From contig JBAZZB010000001.1 in the NCBI GenBank assembly GCA_041659045.1, positions 582,270 through 646,269 on the forward strand: a stretch of 64,000 bases of DNA, written 5' to 3'. How positions within the stretch are numbered: position 1 is the first letter of the stretch; each line of letters opens with the position of its first letter. The stretch comes from Patescibacteria group bacterium. GTDB lineage: Bacteria; Patescibacteriota; Patescibacteriia; SG8-24; DYFX01. Position numbers and translations under genes: made by a program. Below, in pieces: positions 47,077-56,744 of the stretch. A model generated the notes under the pieces. The model was not told where the DNA came from, searched no databases, and saw only the letters and a program-made list of their open reading frames with translations.

Positions 47077-48098
47077 ACGGTTTCTTTTAGGGTTTCTTTA
47101 TAGTAGGCGTCGTAGTACTTCTGGTAGTCACCACTCTTCACGCGCTGCCACCAATCGGGGTTGTCGCGATACCAGAGGATCGTTGAGCGAATACCGTGCT
47201 CAAAAGGAATTTTTGGCTCCCACCCGAGTTCATTGCGAATCTTGGACGAGTCGATGAAATAGCGACGATCGTGGCCGGGACGGTCGGGAACATACGTCTT
47301 CAGCGATTCGGGTTTCCCGAGCGTCTCAAGAATCAACGTCGTGATTTCTTCGATCGAACGTTCGATGCCCGTGCCGATATTATAAATCTCTCCGATCTTG
47401 CCGTTCTTCAAAATCAGGTCGACGGCGCTGCTATGATCGTCGGCGTGAATCCACTCGCGTGAATTTTTGCTGCTACGGAAAAGGGGCAGAGGCTTGTTCT
47501 CCATGGCGTTGGTTGTGAACAGCGGGATCAGTTTTTCCGGAAACTGATGCGATCCGTAGTTGTTGCAGCAACGGCTGATCGTCACTTGCATGCCAAAAGA
47601 GTGGGCGTACGACATGACAACGTGATCGGATCCGGCTTTCGAGGCGGCGTACGCCGAGCGAGGATGCAGCATGTCGTTCTCCAAGAACGCACGGTCTTCA
47701 TCGAGACCAAGGTCGCCGTAGACTTCGTCGGTGGAGACGTGGTGAAAGCGCGTCACTCCGGCTTTGCGGCAGGCCTCAAGAAGCACCTGCGTGCCGAGCA
47801 CGTTGTTGCGGAAAAAGGCGTGCGGGTCGAGCACCGAACGATCGACGTGCGATTCCGCGGCGAAATGCACAACCGCGTCGACTCCGTCGAGCGCGCGTGC
47901 GACGTCGGCGGCTTCGCAAATATCCCCTTTGAAGAAGCGATATCGCGGGTCGGCGTCAAAGCCCTTCAGGTTTTCGAGGTTTCCGGCATACGTCAGCTTA
48001 TCGAAATTCACCACCTCGGCTTCGGGGCGGTTTTTCAGCAGATAACGGATGTAGGCGGAGCCGATAAACCCGGCGCCTCCGGTAACCAAGATCCTCAT
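47073..48098 (-). CDS. rfbB: dTDP-glucose 4,6-dehydratase
   Basis: MRILVTGGAGFIGS...YAASKAGSD... ATGA overlap with the downstream gene. Confidence 0.9.
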   Translation of the reverse strand: MRILVTGGAGFIGSAYIRYLLKNRPEAEVVNFDKLTYAGNLENLKGFDADPRYRFFKGDICEAADVARALDGVDAVVHFAAESHVDRSVLDPHAFFRNNVLGTQVLLEACRKAGVTRFHHVSTDEVYGDLGLDEDRAFLENDMLHPRSAYAASKAGSDHVVMSYAHSFGMQVTISRCCNNYGSHQFPEKLIPLFTTNAMENKPLPLFRSSKNSREWIHADDHSSAVDLILKNGKIGEIYNIGTGIERSIEEITTLILETLGKPESLKTYVPDRPGHDRRYFIDSSKIRNELGWEPKIPFEHGIRSTILWYRDNPDWWQRVKSGDYQKYYDAYYKETLKETV

Positions 48099-48109
48099 AG
48101 AGATTCCCG

Positions 48110-48520
48110 CTACGCTAACAATCTTCGCAGTTTTTGTCCAACCTCCTCGATCTCGCCGACCTTATAGGGTTTGCCATGCCAGTGCTCGAGGCCGTCGCCC
48201 TCGAAACGCGGAATGACGTGCACGTGAAGATGGTCAACAACCTGTCCGGCCGCGCGGCCGTTATTGACGCCGATATTGAAGCCAGGCGCGCCGAGCGCCT
48301 GCATGATTACTTTTCCCATGCGCTGCGCCGTGAGCGCCACGGCCTGGACCGAAGCCTCGGGCGCGGAGGCAAAATCGGCGGCGTGTTCCTTCGGCATAAC
48401 AAGCAGGTGCCCCGGATTGTTTGGCTTGATGTCAACGAACACGACAACCATATCGTCCTCGTAGACGATCTCGGCGGGAATATCCTTCGCGATGATTTTG
48501 CAGAAGATGCAGTCGTTCAT
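48110..48520 (-). CDS. HIT-family hydrolase
   Basis: CIFCKII...HLHVHVIP histidine triad. Confidence 0.85.
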   Translation of the reverse strand: MNDCIFCKIIAKDIPAEIVYEDDMVVVFVDIKPNNPGHLLVMPKEHAADFASAPEASVQAVALTAQRMGKVIMQALGAPGFNIGVNNGRAAGQVVDHLHVHVIPRFEGDGLEHWHGKPYKVGEIEEVGQKLRRLLA

Positions 48521-48521
48521 A

Positions 48522-48905
48522 TTATTCTTTTTTCGAGAAAATAGGCCAGGCAACAAGGACTGCCAAGAGAATACCCCCCGCCGCCGCAGCGCGCCAGAAG
48601 AGGCGCACGGTGTCCGGAAGCAGCATCCAGACAACGGGTGCCAAGAGTAGCGTACCAAAACGCAGCAAGGCGTGCGCAGAGGCAGCCGGATGATGCGGTT
48701 CTTCAGAGGCCATAACGCGTGATTGTGTCAGCATAACGGCGCACGAAGCAGCAACGACAAATACCAGGAGCCATAGCACATTAAAAAACCTGGAGACGAA
48801 TCCGCGCTCGGCTGTTTCAAGCGCGAGACACAAAACAAACACGACGAGACCCGCGCCCCAAGCGTCGATCGCCATCTGATGCAAGATTGCTTTGGATGAC
48901 TTCAT
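48522..48905 (-). CDS. Hypothetical membrane protein
   Basis: Four TM helices. Confidence 0.45.
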   Translation of the reverse strand: MKSSKAILHQMAIDAWGAGLVVFVLCLALETAERGFVSRFFNVLWLLVFVVAASCAVMLTQSRVMASEEPHHPAASAHALLRFGTLLLAPVVWMLLPDTVRLFWRAAAAGGILLAVLVAWPIFSKKE

Positions 48906-50092
48906 AGCTTGAGTTTCAGAAGATCAAGAATTTTTTTCGGTTCGAAGGGCGGTCGTGTGTATTCAACATCAACACGATCGACGCGCATCTTGCCGCCGAC
49001 AGTTTTGATTGCTGGCAGCGACACAATCATCTGCACGCGACCTTGGGAGGCAGCGACGGAAGCGAGTTCGAACTGCGCTTCGGCCGTGCGCCAACCATCG
49101 GCATCGATCTGCGGTGGACGATAGCGGGCAACAATCGCGTCGTACGGCGCTTTCTTGAGATCCGTCTCCCATGTCACGACCGGAAATTCCGGATCGAATT
49201 TTGTCGCTCCGCCCAGCACATGCAGATGCTCCCCCGCCGTATCAAGCAGCACCACGCGCGATTGGCGCGATGTGATACCGACCAGCGAAACATCCTCCGA
49301 CGCTTGCAGATCGACGCGATAGAGCCCCGGCTCGGCGCCGCTGAGCGTTAGTGCAACAGCTCCATCGCCACGGTGCGTGCGCGTAAGCATCGTCTTTCCC
49401 TCGCGCACGAGCGTCACGCGCGCTTCCTCCTTTTCCGAACCGCGCAGACCGAGCGACATCTCGAAAGCACCGCTTTGCACGTACGCGTAGATAGAACGAG
49501 AACCCGATTCATTGAGAGCGGCTTCGAACGTTTTTTCGTTCGAGAGCACGGGGAGCTTCAAACTCCAGCGCACGGGATCGATCCCAAGCACGGCAACGCG
49601 ATTTCCCGCAGCGAGGATTTCATCCGCGGAACGAGCCGATGCTTTCCGCTCGTACACACGCAGCTCTCCATCTTGGCGCGCTGCCCAACCCGAGGCGTCG
49701 AGCATCGGCAGGTCGATCGGCTTCACGTCGAAACTCCATTGCGCCAGGTCCGTACGCGCACCAAGCGCGACGTACGGCTGTCCTTCAAGCTTATAGCGAA
49801 GCCGCACATGCATGCGCTCATACAAGCGCGGAGCGGCAACGTGAAAATAGACCGGTTCGTTCACGATATCGGAATACCAGACGCCGCTTTCTTGAAGAGG
49901 TCTGGCGCGATCGAGCGGTGTAAAGCCGCCGATAAAACCATTGGGCTCGGCCGTGCGCCCGGTTGCACGCACGACACCTCCCGGCGGCAGGTTGCGCCAA
50001 ACGATCCAACCGAGCAGAGCGGCGCCTAACACGAACCAGGCGAGTCGAAGCACTCGGCGCACGAACAGTAATTGAGGAACAGCGCTACTCAT
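48902..50092 (-). CDS. Hypothetical membrane-anchored extracytoplasmic protein (397 aa)
   Basis: Start MSSAVPQLLF (M32 of the ORF); one TM. The upstream gene's stop TAG lies 5 nt inside this gene's 5' end (8-nt overlap). Confidence 0.55.
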   Translation of the reverse strand: MSSAVPQLLFVRRVLRLAWFVLGAALLGWIVWRNLPPGGVVRATGRTAEPNGFIGGFTPLDRARPLQESGVWYSDIVNEPVYFHVAAPRLYERMHVRLRYKLEGQPYVALGARTDLAQWSFDVKPIDLPMLDASGWAARQDGELRVYERKASARSADEILAAGNRVAVLGIDPVRWSLKLPVLSNEKTFEAALNESGSRSIYAYVQSGAFEMSLGLRGSEKEEARVTLVREGKTMLTRTHRGDGAVALTLSGAEPGLYRVDLQASEDVSLVGITSRQSRVVLLDTAGEHLHVLGGATKFDPEFPVVTWETDLKKAPYDAIVARYRPPQIDADGWRTAEAQFELASVAASQGRVQMIVSLPAIKTVGGKMRVDRVDVEYTRPPFEPKKILDLLKLKL

Positions 50093-51686
50093 AGTCGTAT
50101 TCTTCACCGATTTCTTCAAACACTGGCGAATCAAAACGTAATGCGATTTCGCCAGGAATCGGACTATACACTTCATTGAGCACAAGCCCGTGAGCCTTTG
50201 CTAGCGCGTCGAGACGCGCGCGTTCTTCAACCGATGGCGTCAACCCGTACCAATAGACGGGAGTGTAATTAGAGACGACCGCCGCCGCGGCAAACGACGC
50301 GTCGTCCGTTCCCGGAATGATGCGCAAACGTTGCGGTACGATCAGTTTATCGAAGCGCTCCGTCATAACAACAACGTCATCCGGAAACGTGTCGGCCAAT
50401 AACGCTTCGGACTTCACACGATTTTGCGCGAGTGTTGCACGCACAGCGCGCAAGCTTTCATCGCCGGAAAAAACCGTCGCATGCAGCGTCAACGTGCCGA
50501 TCACAACCAAAGTGGCCGCGATCATTTTCCATCGTTTCGTCTTTTCGAAAAGCTGCGAGAGGCCGAAAGCGGCAAACGGCAACATCGCCACGTAGGCGGG
50601 AAGGAAATAGCGCACGTATGACGTCCCAATCGTCACATCCGACGGATCGAGTCGATCACGAATCGCCCAGCTGCCATAAAGCACTGCGAGCCACGTTGCA
50701 ACGGCCACGGTCGCCAAGGCGTACGTTTTTTGAACGGACGTCGCTTTGCGAAACATCAAGAGCCATGCGCACAAACCAAGAACAGCAAGAACGGACTGCC
50801 ACCAGAACAACGAGATTCCATAGTACCAAGCGTTCCGTGCGACACGCTTGGCGTCAAAGCCAAACGGGAGACGCACGAAGGGTTTCGATGTATCAACGAC
50901 AGGGCCAGCAGGCGCGGCATGATCCACTACAGGCGGCAAAGCGGGGGCAGTGACATATGCCGTCTGAAACGGCGAACCATACAAGCTTGCGTTCACTTGC
51001 AACAACAGAAACAACGGCAACGCGGCGCCGACAAACGCCCAACCTAGGCGTCTCCAGCGTTCTTTGCCGATGAACGGCAGGAAGACCGCAAAGGCTGGGA
51101 TCGCCCAGAGAGCTTCTGATGTGCGGGTTGCGATCGCCCAACCGAAGGCAAAACCGCCGAAGATATCACCCAAGCGATCCTTGCGAAGCGCGAAGCTTGC
51201 GGCGGAAAGAATCAAGAGATCGACGAAGAGTACATTGTGGAAAAGGCCGCGCGCGGCGTAGTACAGCACGGCGGGATGCAGGAAGAACAAGATCGCCGCA
51301 ATGATCCCCGTGCGACGGTCAAAGAGACGTCCGACGAGCGTACCGAAGAGTGCGCCCGCCACGAGCGTAAAGATTGGCGTTAGAAGAAACAGCGGGATCT
51401 TGCACAACAATCGCAGCGCGCCATAGAGCAAAAGCATGCCCGTAAAACTTCCTGGCACAAGAGCGTCACCGACGACCGCCATACTGCGCGGATGGATCGC
51501 ACCCGCGCCAAGACCAACAAGCACGTCGCGGACAACCAAGGACTCCCCATTTGCCACGCGCTCAATCCAAAAAGAATTTGCCGTTTCATCCGGAGAATTC
51601 CAAAGACCGGCTGGTCGGCCGTACCACGCGGTCACGGCAAAAAAAGCAATGGCGACAGCGATAAGAATGCGTTGCAAGCGTGTCAT
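50085..51686 (-). CDS. GT-C fold glycosyltransferase, PMT/ArnT-like (GT39/83 type)
   Basis: The first periplasmic loop has WNSPDETANSFW, the DE motif of PMT/ArnT; polytopic. Start MTRLQRI with an ATGA overlap. Confidence 0.7.
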   Translation of the reverse strand: MTRLQRILIAVAIAFFAVTAWYGRPAGLWNSPDETANSFWIERVANGESLVVRDVLVGLGAGAIHPRSMAVVGDALVPGSFTGMLLLYGALRLLCKIPLFLLTPIFTLVAGALFGTLVGRLFDRRTGIIAAILFFLHPAVLYYAARGLFHNVLFVDLLILSAASFALRKDRLGDIFGGFAFGWAIATRTSEALWAIPAFAVFLPFIGKERWRRLGWAFVGAALPLFLLLQVNASLYGSPFQTAYVTAPALPPVVDHAAPAGPVVDTSKPFVRLPFGFDAKRVARNAWYYGISLFWWQSVLAVLGLCAWLLMFRKATSVQKTYALATVAVATWLAVLYGSWAIRDRLDPSDVTIGTSYVRYFLPAYVAMLPFAAFGLSQLFEKTKRWKMIAATLVVIGTLTLHATVFSGDESLRAVRATLAQNRVKSEALLADTFPDDVVVMTERFDKLIVPQRLRIIPGTDDASFAAAAVVSNYTPVYWYGLTPSVEERARLDALAKAHGLVLNEVYSPIPGEIALRFDSPVFEEIGEEYDYE

Positions 51687-52249
51687 AGACCGTGCGCGAG
51701 AAGGCTGCAAAACGCCAGAAACGTCGCGAGTCCGAAGAGGGCGAACGAGCCGTTTTGCAGAGCGGAAGAACCCGATTCCAAATACAGCAGATAACTCATG
51801 ACCGCAGCGACTTGGCACACCATCTTTATTTTCCCCCACCAATTTGCGCCTGTCACGATTCCCTTTCGCTTGCGCAGATAACCGCCAACAATAAATACGC
51901 ACTCGACACCGAGTAGTGTCAGAAAAATAGCGACGGGAAATTGTCGAAAAAGAAGCACGGCAAGCACCGAACCAATCAGAATCTTGTCGACGACAGGATC
52001 CCAAATCGTTCCCCAGGCCGTGACTTGCCCGCGCGTACGCGCAAGTGACCCATCGACCATATCGGTGAACGCAAGAAACAGGAAGAATGGCACTCCGTAC
52101 TCGTAACGTTCGTATGCCAAAAGGAGTAGCACGATCGGCGTGCAGAGCAACCTCAACACCGTGACGTGATTGGGGCGTACCGAAAGAGGGACGATCTTGA
52201 GAAACGTCGCGGCGAGGACACGGTCGTGCGGATAGATTTTTGTGTCCAT
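51683..52249 (-). CDS. CDP-alcohol phosphatidyltransferase family protein
   Basis: FTDMVDGSLARTRGQVTAWGTIWDPVVDKI (D-G-x-A-R...G...D...D). Confidence 0.7.
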   Translation of the reverse strand: MDTKIYPHDRVLAATFLKIVPLSVRPNHVTVLRLLCTPIVLLLLAYERYEYGVPFFLFLAFTDMVDGSLARTRGQVTAWGTIWDPVVDKILIGSVLAVLLFRQFPVAIFLTLLGVECVFIVGGYLRKRKGIVTGANWWGKIKMVCQVAAVMSYLLYLESGSSALQNGSFALFGLATFLAFCSLLAHGL

Positions 52250-52270
52250 TCTCTGTGCTACAATCAAGCC

Positions 52271-54397
52271 ATGAAACCGCTTCATTCTACCATTTTAGCC
52301 TCGATCGGAGGAGTGCTCTCGGCGCTTGGTCTGGCTTCTTCGGCCTTCGCTTTTCTTCTGCCAATTGGCGGTATTTTGCTCCTCTACGGCATGGCGGAAA
52401 CTGCCGGTCGGCTCGCCTTTCCAGAAGAGCAACCTCCCATTCGCCTTGTTTTTGGCCTATTAGGAGCCTTAGCCCTGCTGGCAGCAGTAGGCGCGGCGAT
52501 CTATTACGTTTATAAGCTCGATACAATCGGCTTATCCTGGCTGTTCATCACCTTACCTTGGCTCCTCTTTGCCGTCTCCCCCCTGGGCTCCGGCGCCCGA
52601 GGACGCGTAGCAGCCGCCGCATTGACGGTCGAAAAATCCCTGCCGGAGGATTCGCTCTCTGGCATCCTTCTCGTTCTCACGCTTTGCGCGGACATGGCGG
52701 CGCTTCGTTGGCTCCTGGGAGCCAGAACCGAGGAAGCCCTACGCACGCCTTGGGAAGTCGTCTCTCCCGTCTACTTTCTTTGGATCGCGCTCGCGACATT
52801 TTGCTTGATCGGACTGAGCTATCGCCGCCGCTATCCGCACCTCACACTTGCAGCGGCATCAATCCATCTTTTCGCGCTCCTTGCTCCTGCAATTTTGGTG
52901 TACGCCGTCGGTTACGGTTTTGACCCGTTCGTGCATCAAGCCGCGGAATCTTTAATCGCTTCTACGGGACAAATCACGCCGAAGACGCCGTATTACATCG
53001 GACAGTACGCGCTCGTCACGACGTTCTCGCACCTGTTCCGTGTTTCCATTGAGTCTGTCGATCGTTTTTTGCTTCCCGTTCTCGCTGCGCTCTTCTTACC
53101 CGCTTCGGCCGCATGGCTCTTGCGCCGCGGGTACGGCGTACCGCGCCCACTCGCGCTCGTCGCCTCGCTTGGTATTTTTCTCTTGCCGTTCGGCATGTTC
53201 GCTTCGACGACACCGCAAGGATTGGCGAATCTTTTTTTCCTGCTAACAATGCTGCTCGGCGCGGCTTGGTTGCACGCCCATCGACCGCCGCTCGGCTATG
53301 TACTGACGCTGGCCGCGGCCGCAGCAGCGACGCATCCGATGGCCGGCATTCCGGCACTCATGGCCGTCGCGCTTCTTATGGTCGCGAAGTTGCGGCACGA
53401 CGGCGTGCGCGTAGCGCGCCTCGCAAAAGCCATAGTCTTTGGTCTCGTGGTCGGCGCGGCCGCGCTCGCCATCCCCTTCGTGTTTGCCGTGCGCGAAGGC
53501 AACAGCGGCGCGTCGCTCATCGCCGCACTCCGAAAACCGATTCCGGAACTCTTGCTCGGAATTCCGCTTGAGGCACCTGGCATCGCGACGCGCTATCGTC
53601 CCCTGCTCGACTTTGCCGAATTCGTCGCGCGCAACCATGATGTGCTCCTCTTCGGACTCGCCGCCGCCGGCGCCTGGCTACTTCTGCGTCGCAAAGGCTA
53701 TCGTCGCTCAGCCTTCGCTGCCGGAGGTTTATCGATTGCCCTTTTGGTATCTGTCGCGCTTTTGCGGGCTGGCTTCACGTTCAAAGACGTTATTGGGTAC
53801 GAGCAAGCGAATTACGCCGAACGCTTGTACGAAGCGGCACTCCTCTCACTCGCACCGCTCGTGCTCGCGGGCGTGGCGTGGTGGTGGCGAGCACTCAGCA
53901 AGGCCGACACCAGCATGCGCGTCTTTCACGCGGCACTCATGGCTGCCTTGGTCGCCGCCCTGACATACGGCGCCTTCCCCCGACTCGACGACTACCGTTA
54001 CAGCCGCGGATACTCGCCTTCGATTCACGACGTGCACGCCGCTGAGTGGATCAGCGCGCATGGAATTTCTCCGTATGTCGTCCTCGCCAACCAATCGGTT
54101 TCCGCCGCCGCGCTCAAGCGTTTCGGTTTCCGCACCTATTACGGTTCGCAATTCTACTACTCGATCCCGACAGGAGCACCGCTCTACCAATCGTATCTCG
54201 CCATGGTCTACGAGGGCGCAACGCGGGAAACCATGACGTCCGCCATGCGGCAAGTGAACGTGCCGACAGCCTTCTTCGTGATCAATGGCTACTGGACGGA
54301 CGCCGCCCGCGTCATCGCGCAAGCAAAAAAAACCGCCGACGACTGGCAGGAAGTCGACGGCGGCAAAGTGTTTATCTTCCGCTACACCCTCAAGTAA
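52271..54397 (+). CDS. Large polytopic membrane protein, putative GT-C-like glycosyltransferase or polymerase
   Basis: Fifteen or more TM helices and a C-terminal soluble domain. A TACAAT -10 element lies 9 nt before the ATG (MKPLHSTIL). Confidence 0.6.
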   Translation: MKPLHSTILASIGGVLSALGLASSAFAFLLPIGGILLLYGMAETAGRLAFPEEQPPIRLVFGLLGALALLAAVGAAIYYVYKLDTIGLSWLFITLPWLLFAVSPLGSGARGRVAAAALTVEKSLPEDSLSGILLVLTLCADMAALRWLLGARTEEALRTPWEVVSPVYFLWIALATFCLIGLSYRRRYPHLTLAAASIHLFALLAPAILVYAVGYGFDPFVHQAAESLIASTGQITPKTPYYIGQYALVTTFSHLFRVSIESVDRFLLPVLAALFLPASAAWLLRRGYGVPRPLALVASLGIFLLPFGMFASTTPQGLANLFFLLTMLLGAAWLHAHRPPLGYVLTLAAAAAATHPMAGIPALMAVALLMVAKLRHDGVRVARLAKAIVFGLVVGAAALAIPFVFAVREGNSGASLIAALRKPIPELLLGIPLEAPGIATRYRPLLDFAEFVARNHDVLLFGLAAAGAWLLLRRKGYRRSAFAAGGLSIALLVSVALLRAGFTFKDVIGYEQANYAERLYEAALLSLAPLVLAGVAWWWRALSKADTSMRVFHAALMAALVAALTYGAFPRLDDYRYSRGYSPSIHDVHAAEWISAHGISPYVVLANQSVSAAALKRFGFRTYYGSQFYYSIPTGAPLYQSYLAMVYEGATRETMTSAMRQVNVPTAFFVINGYWTDAARVIAQAKKTADDWQEVDGGKVFIFRYTLK

Positions 54398-55652
54398 ACG
54401 ACGGCTGATACCGCATCGGCACGATCGGTTCGAGCTCCTCAAGTGCTGGGTCGCGACCATCGTACAAAGACTCGAGACGCGCGGCGTGCCGAGGTGCAAG
54501 AAGCAGTTCCGCCGTGCGTACGGCCGCTCGTGAACGATCCATCCAGGCACTTTTTTCGTCGCACGCCCGCGTGAGCGTCGCGACCAGTGCTCCAACGTTA
54601 TCCGCTTCAAAAACGAATCCGTTTTTTTCGTTCCGAACAAGCTCAGCTGCGCCGCCAATTGAAGCGACTGCGACAGGCACGCCATAGGCAAAGCTTTCGA
54701 CAATCACTGTTGGAGCGTTCTCATAACACAGCGACGGCACGACGGTGTAATCCGTCTTTGAAAACATATCAGGAAATTGCGCCGGATTCTTTTTGCCGTA
54801 AAAAGAAATACGCAGGTCTTTTCCAGCAGCAGTGCGCGCCGCGTCCATCGCGGAGCCCGTACCGACGACGTCCAAACGCGCCTTGGGACGCTCTTTCACG
54901 AGTCTGCGGAAGGCTTCAATCAGCACCAGGACGCCTTTATGCGTTTCGACCTGACCGAGGAAGAGGAAGCGCGTTTCGGAAGAGGTTGCGTGCTTTGCGG
55001 GTGACACGTTCGGCGCCGGGTTCGGCAGAAGGATTTTTTGCGAGCGCGGGAAGAAGCCATGTTCCTCATGGAAACGCAGAAGAAACCTCGACGGAGAAAT
55101 GACGATATCCGGCGACGCGAAACGCGAGCGCGCCATGGAGGCGAACATTCGGCTGAGAGGGTCAGTAACCCCGAAGCCTTTTTCCTTTCCTTTCAAAATC
55201 AAACCGGATGGAGCCACGAGCTGCACGTCATGCAGCGTATGCACGTGACGGATACGAAGTTTTTTCAAAACGGCCGGAATGCTGAAACCGATGCCTTTCA
55301 GATTGTGTGTGTGAACGATTTCGGGACGTTCAAGCCTCAAAAGACGCTCGACCATACGAGCCGCCTGACCATTTCCGGAGTCGCGTAGATGCCAAAACAG
55401 GCGGGCAGCTACCGCATGACGTCCGAGCTCGCCGTAAAAAAAGAAGTTGAGCGGAAAGAAACGGTGCACGCGCAAGCCGTTCTCGACCGTCATGCGCGGC
55501 TCTAGCGAACCGTCTTCAGGCAACGAACACGCCGTGATAATCGAAACATCGTGCCCGAGCGCCTTGAGCGCGAGCGCTTCTTCCTCGACGACGCGTTCGG
55601 CGCCGCCCCGCCCGTACGGCGGAAAAAGATTTGAAATAAAACAAATGCGCAT
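54390..55652 (-). CDS. GT4-family glycosyltransferase
   Basis: MRICFISNLFPPYGRGGAE...; GT-B fold with an EX7E-like C-terminus. Confidence 0.8.
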   Translation of the reverse strand: MRICFISNLFPPYGRGGAERVVEEEALALKALGHDVSIITACSLPEDGSLEPRMTVENGLRVHRFFPLNFFFYGELGRHAVAARLFWHLRDSGNGQAARMVERLLRLERPEIVHTHNLKGIGFSIPAVLKKLRIRHVHTLHDVQLVAPSGLILKGKEKGFGVTDPLSRMFASMARSRFASPDIVISPSRFLLRFHEEHGFFPRSQKILLPNPAPNVSPAKHATSSETRFLFLGQVETHKGVLVLIEAFRRLVKERPKARLDVVGTGSAMDAARTAAGKDLRISFYGKKNPAQFPDMFSKTDYTVVPSLCYENAPTVIVESFAYGVPVAVASIGGAAELVRNEKNGFVFEADNVGALVATLTRACDEKSAWMDRSRAAVRTAELLLAPRHAARLESLYDGRDPALEELEPIVPMRYQPSFT

Positions 55653-55680
55653 GCGCCCCTATTCTACCACGAAGCCCGGA

Positions 55681-56742
55681 TCATCCGCACACCGTTTCAA
55701 CCACAAGCCGATCCGTGAGCACAGCGTCGTATTTTTCCATGACGCGAGAACGTGCAGCTTGCCCCATCGTTTCCGCGCGTTCGGGATAAGAAAGCAGCTC
55801 TCGAAGCGCTTCACCAAGCGCAGCCGCATCGTTTGGAGAAACCACAAGACCTGTTTTTCCCGGCTCGATGAGGCTGCGCACGCCGGGGAGATCGGTAACA
55901 ACGGAAGGAATGCCGCTCGCCATGGCGGCAAGTGTAACCAAACCAAACGCTTCGGAGCGATCAACGGAGGGAAGAACGTGCACGCGCGCTTGGCGATAGA
56001 GTTCAGCGAGCCTTTCATCACTTACGCGTCCAAAAAAACGCATGTGGCCACCGAAGCCAGTTTTGGCGGCAAGCGTTTCGTATGAAGCGCGCAAGTCGCC
56101 ATCGCCGACGATCCAGAGTTCGACATCGGGTAGCGCGTGCGCAAACTTGGCAAACGCTTCAAGTAGCACGGGGACACCTTTGAAGTAATGCGCACGATCA
56201 AGTCCGCCGACAAAAAGAAACGCTTTCTTTTTTTCGCCGCCCGGCGCAAAGAAGCGCGTATCAACTCCGAGAGGCGTTTCGTGTATGCGCTCATCGTCTT
56301 TCAAAAAAGCAATCTGCGAAGACTCGAGATAATCACGACTCGTCACCAGAATCGCGTCCGCCGTACCAAGAATTGTTTTCAAAAAAATCGATCGGTATAG
56401 ACGGAACACCATCGCCAAAACGCCGCGGCCGACCGTATCCATGTGATACAGAATCGACAGGCGCGTTCGTCGGCCGAATGTTTTTTTCCAAAGCCAGACC
56501 CATTCAGCGCCGCCAAAGAATGGATAATGCAACTCGACCGCGTCAAAGCCGCGTAGCTTCCACCACAGTTGCGGTACGCTGGCGGCGTTGCCAATACGCA
56601 AAAGAGAGCGCAATCCGTGCCCTGGCGCCAAAACCGTTACGTCGTGCCCTGCGCGCCGAAGCGCTTCCGCGTGCGCGGCGGCCACGTTCCCCATGCCTCC
56701 CGGATACGGCGGAAACGTCGAAACGACAACGGCAACTTTCAT
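55681..56742 (-). CDS. GT4-family glycosyltransferase
   Basis: MKVAVVVSTFPPYPGGMGNVA... Start at M154 of ORF 55681..57201. Confidence 0.8.
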   Translation of the reverse strand: MKVAVVVSTFPPYPGGMGNVAAAHAEALRRAGHDVTVLAPGHGLRSLLRIGNAASVPQLWWKLRGFDAVELHYPFFGGAEWVWLWKKTFGRRTRLSILYHMDTVGRGVLAMVFRLYRSIFLKTILGTADAILVTSRDYLESSQIAFLKDDERIHETPLGVDTRFFAPGGEKKKAFLFVGGLDRAHYFKGVPVLLEAFAKFAHALPDVELWIVGDGDLRASYETLAAKTGFGGHMRFFGRVSDERLAELYRQARVHVLPSVDRSEAFGLVTLAAMASGIPSVVTDLPGVRSLIEPGKTGLVVSPNDAAALGEALRELLSYPERAETMGQAARSRVMEKYDAVLTDRLVVETVCG

Positions 56743-56744
56743 AC

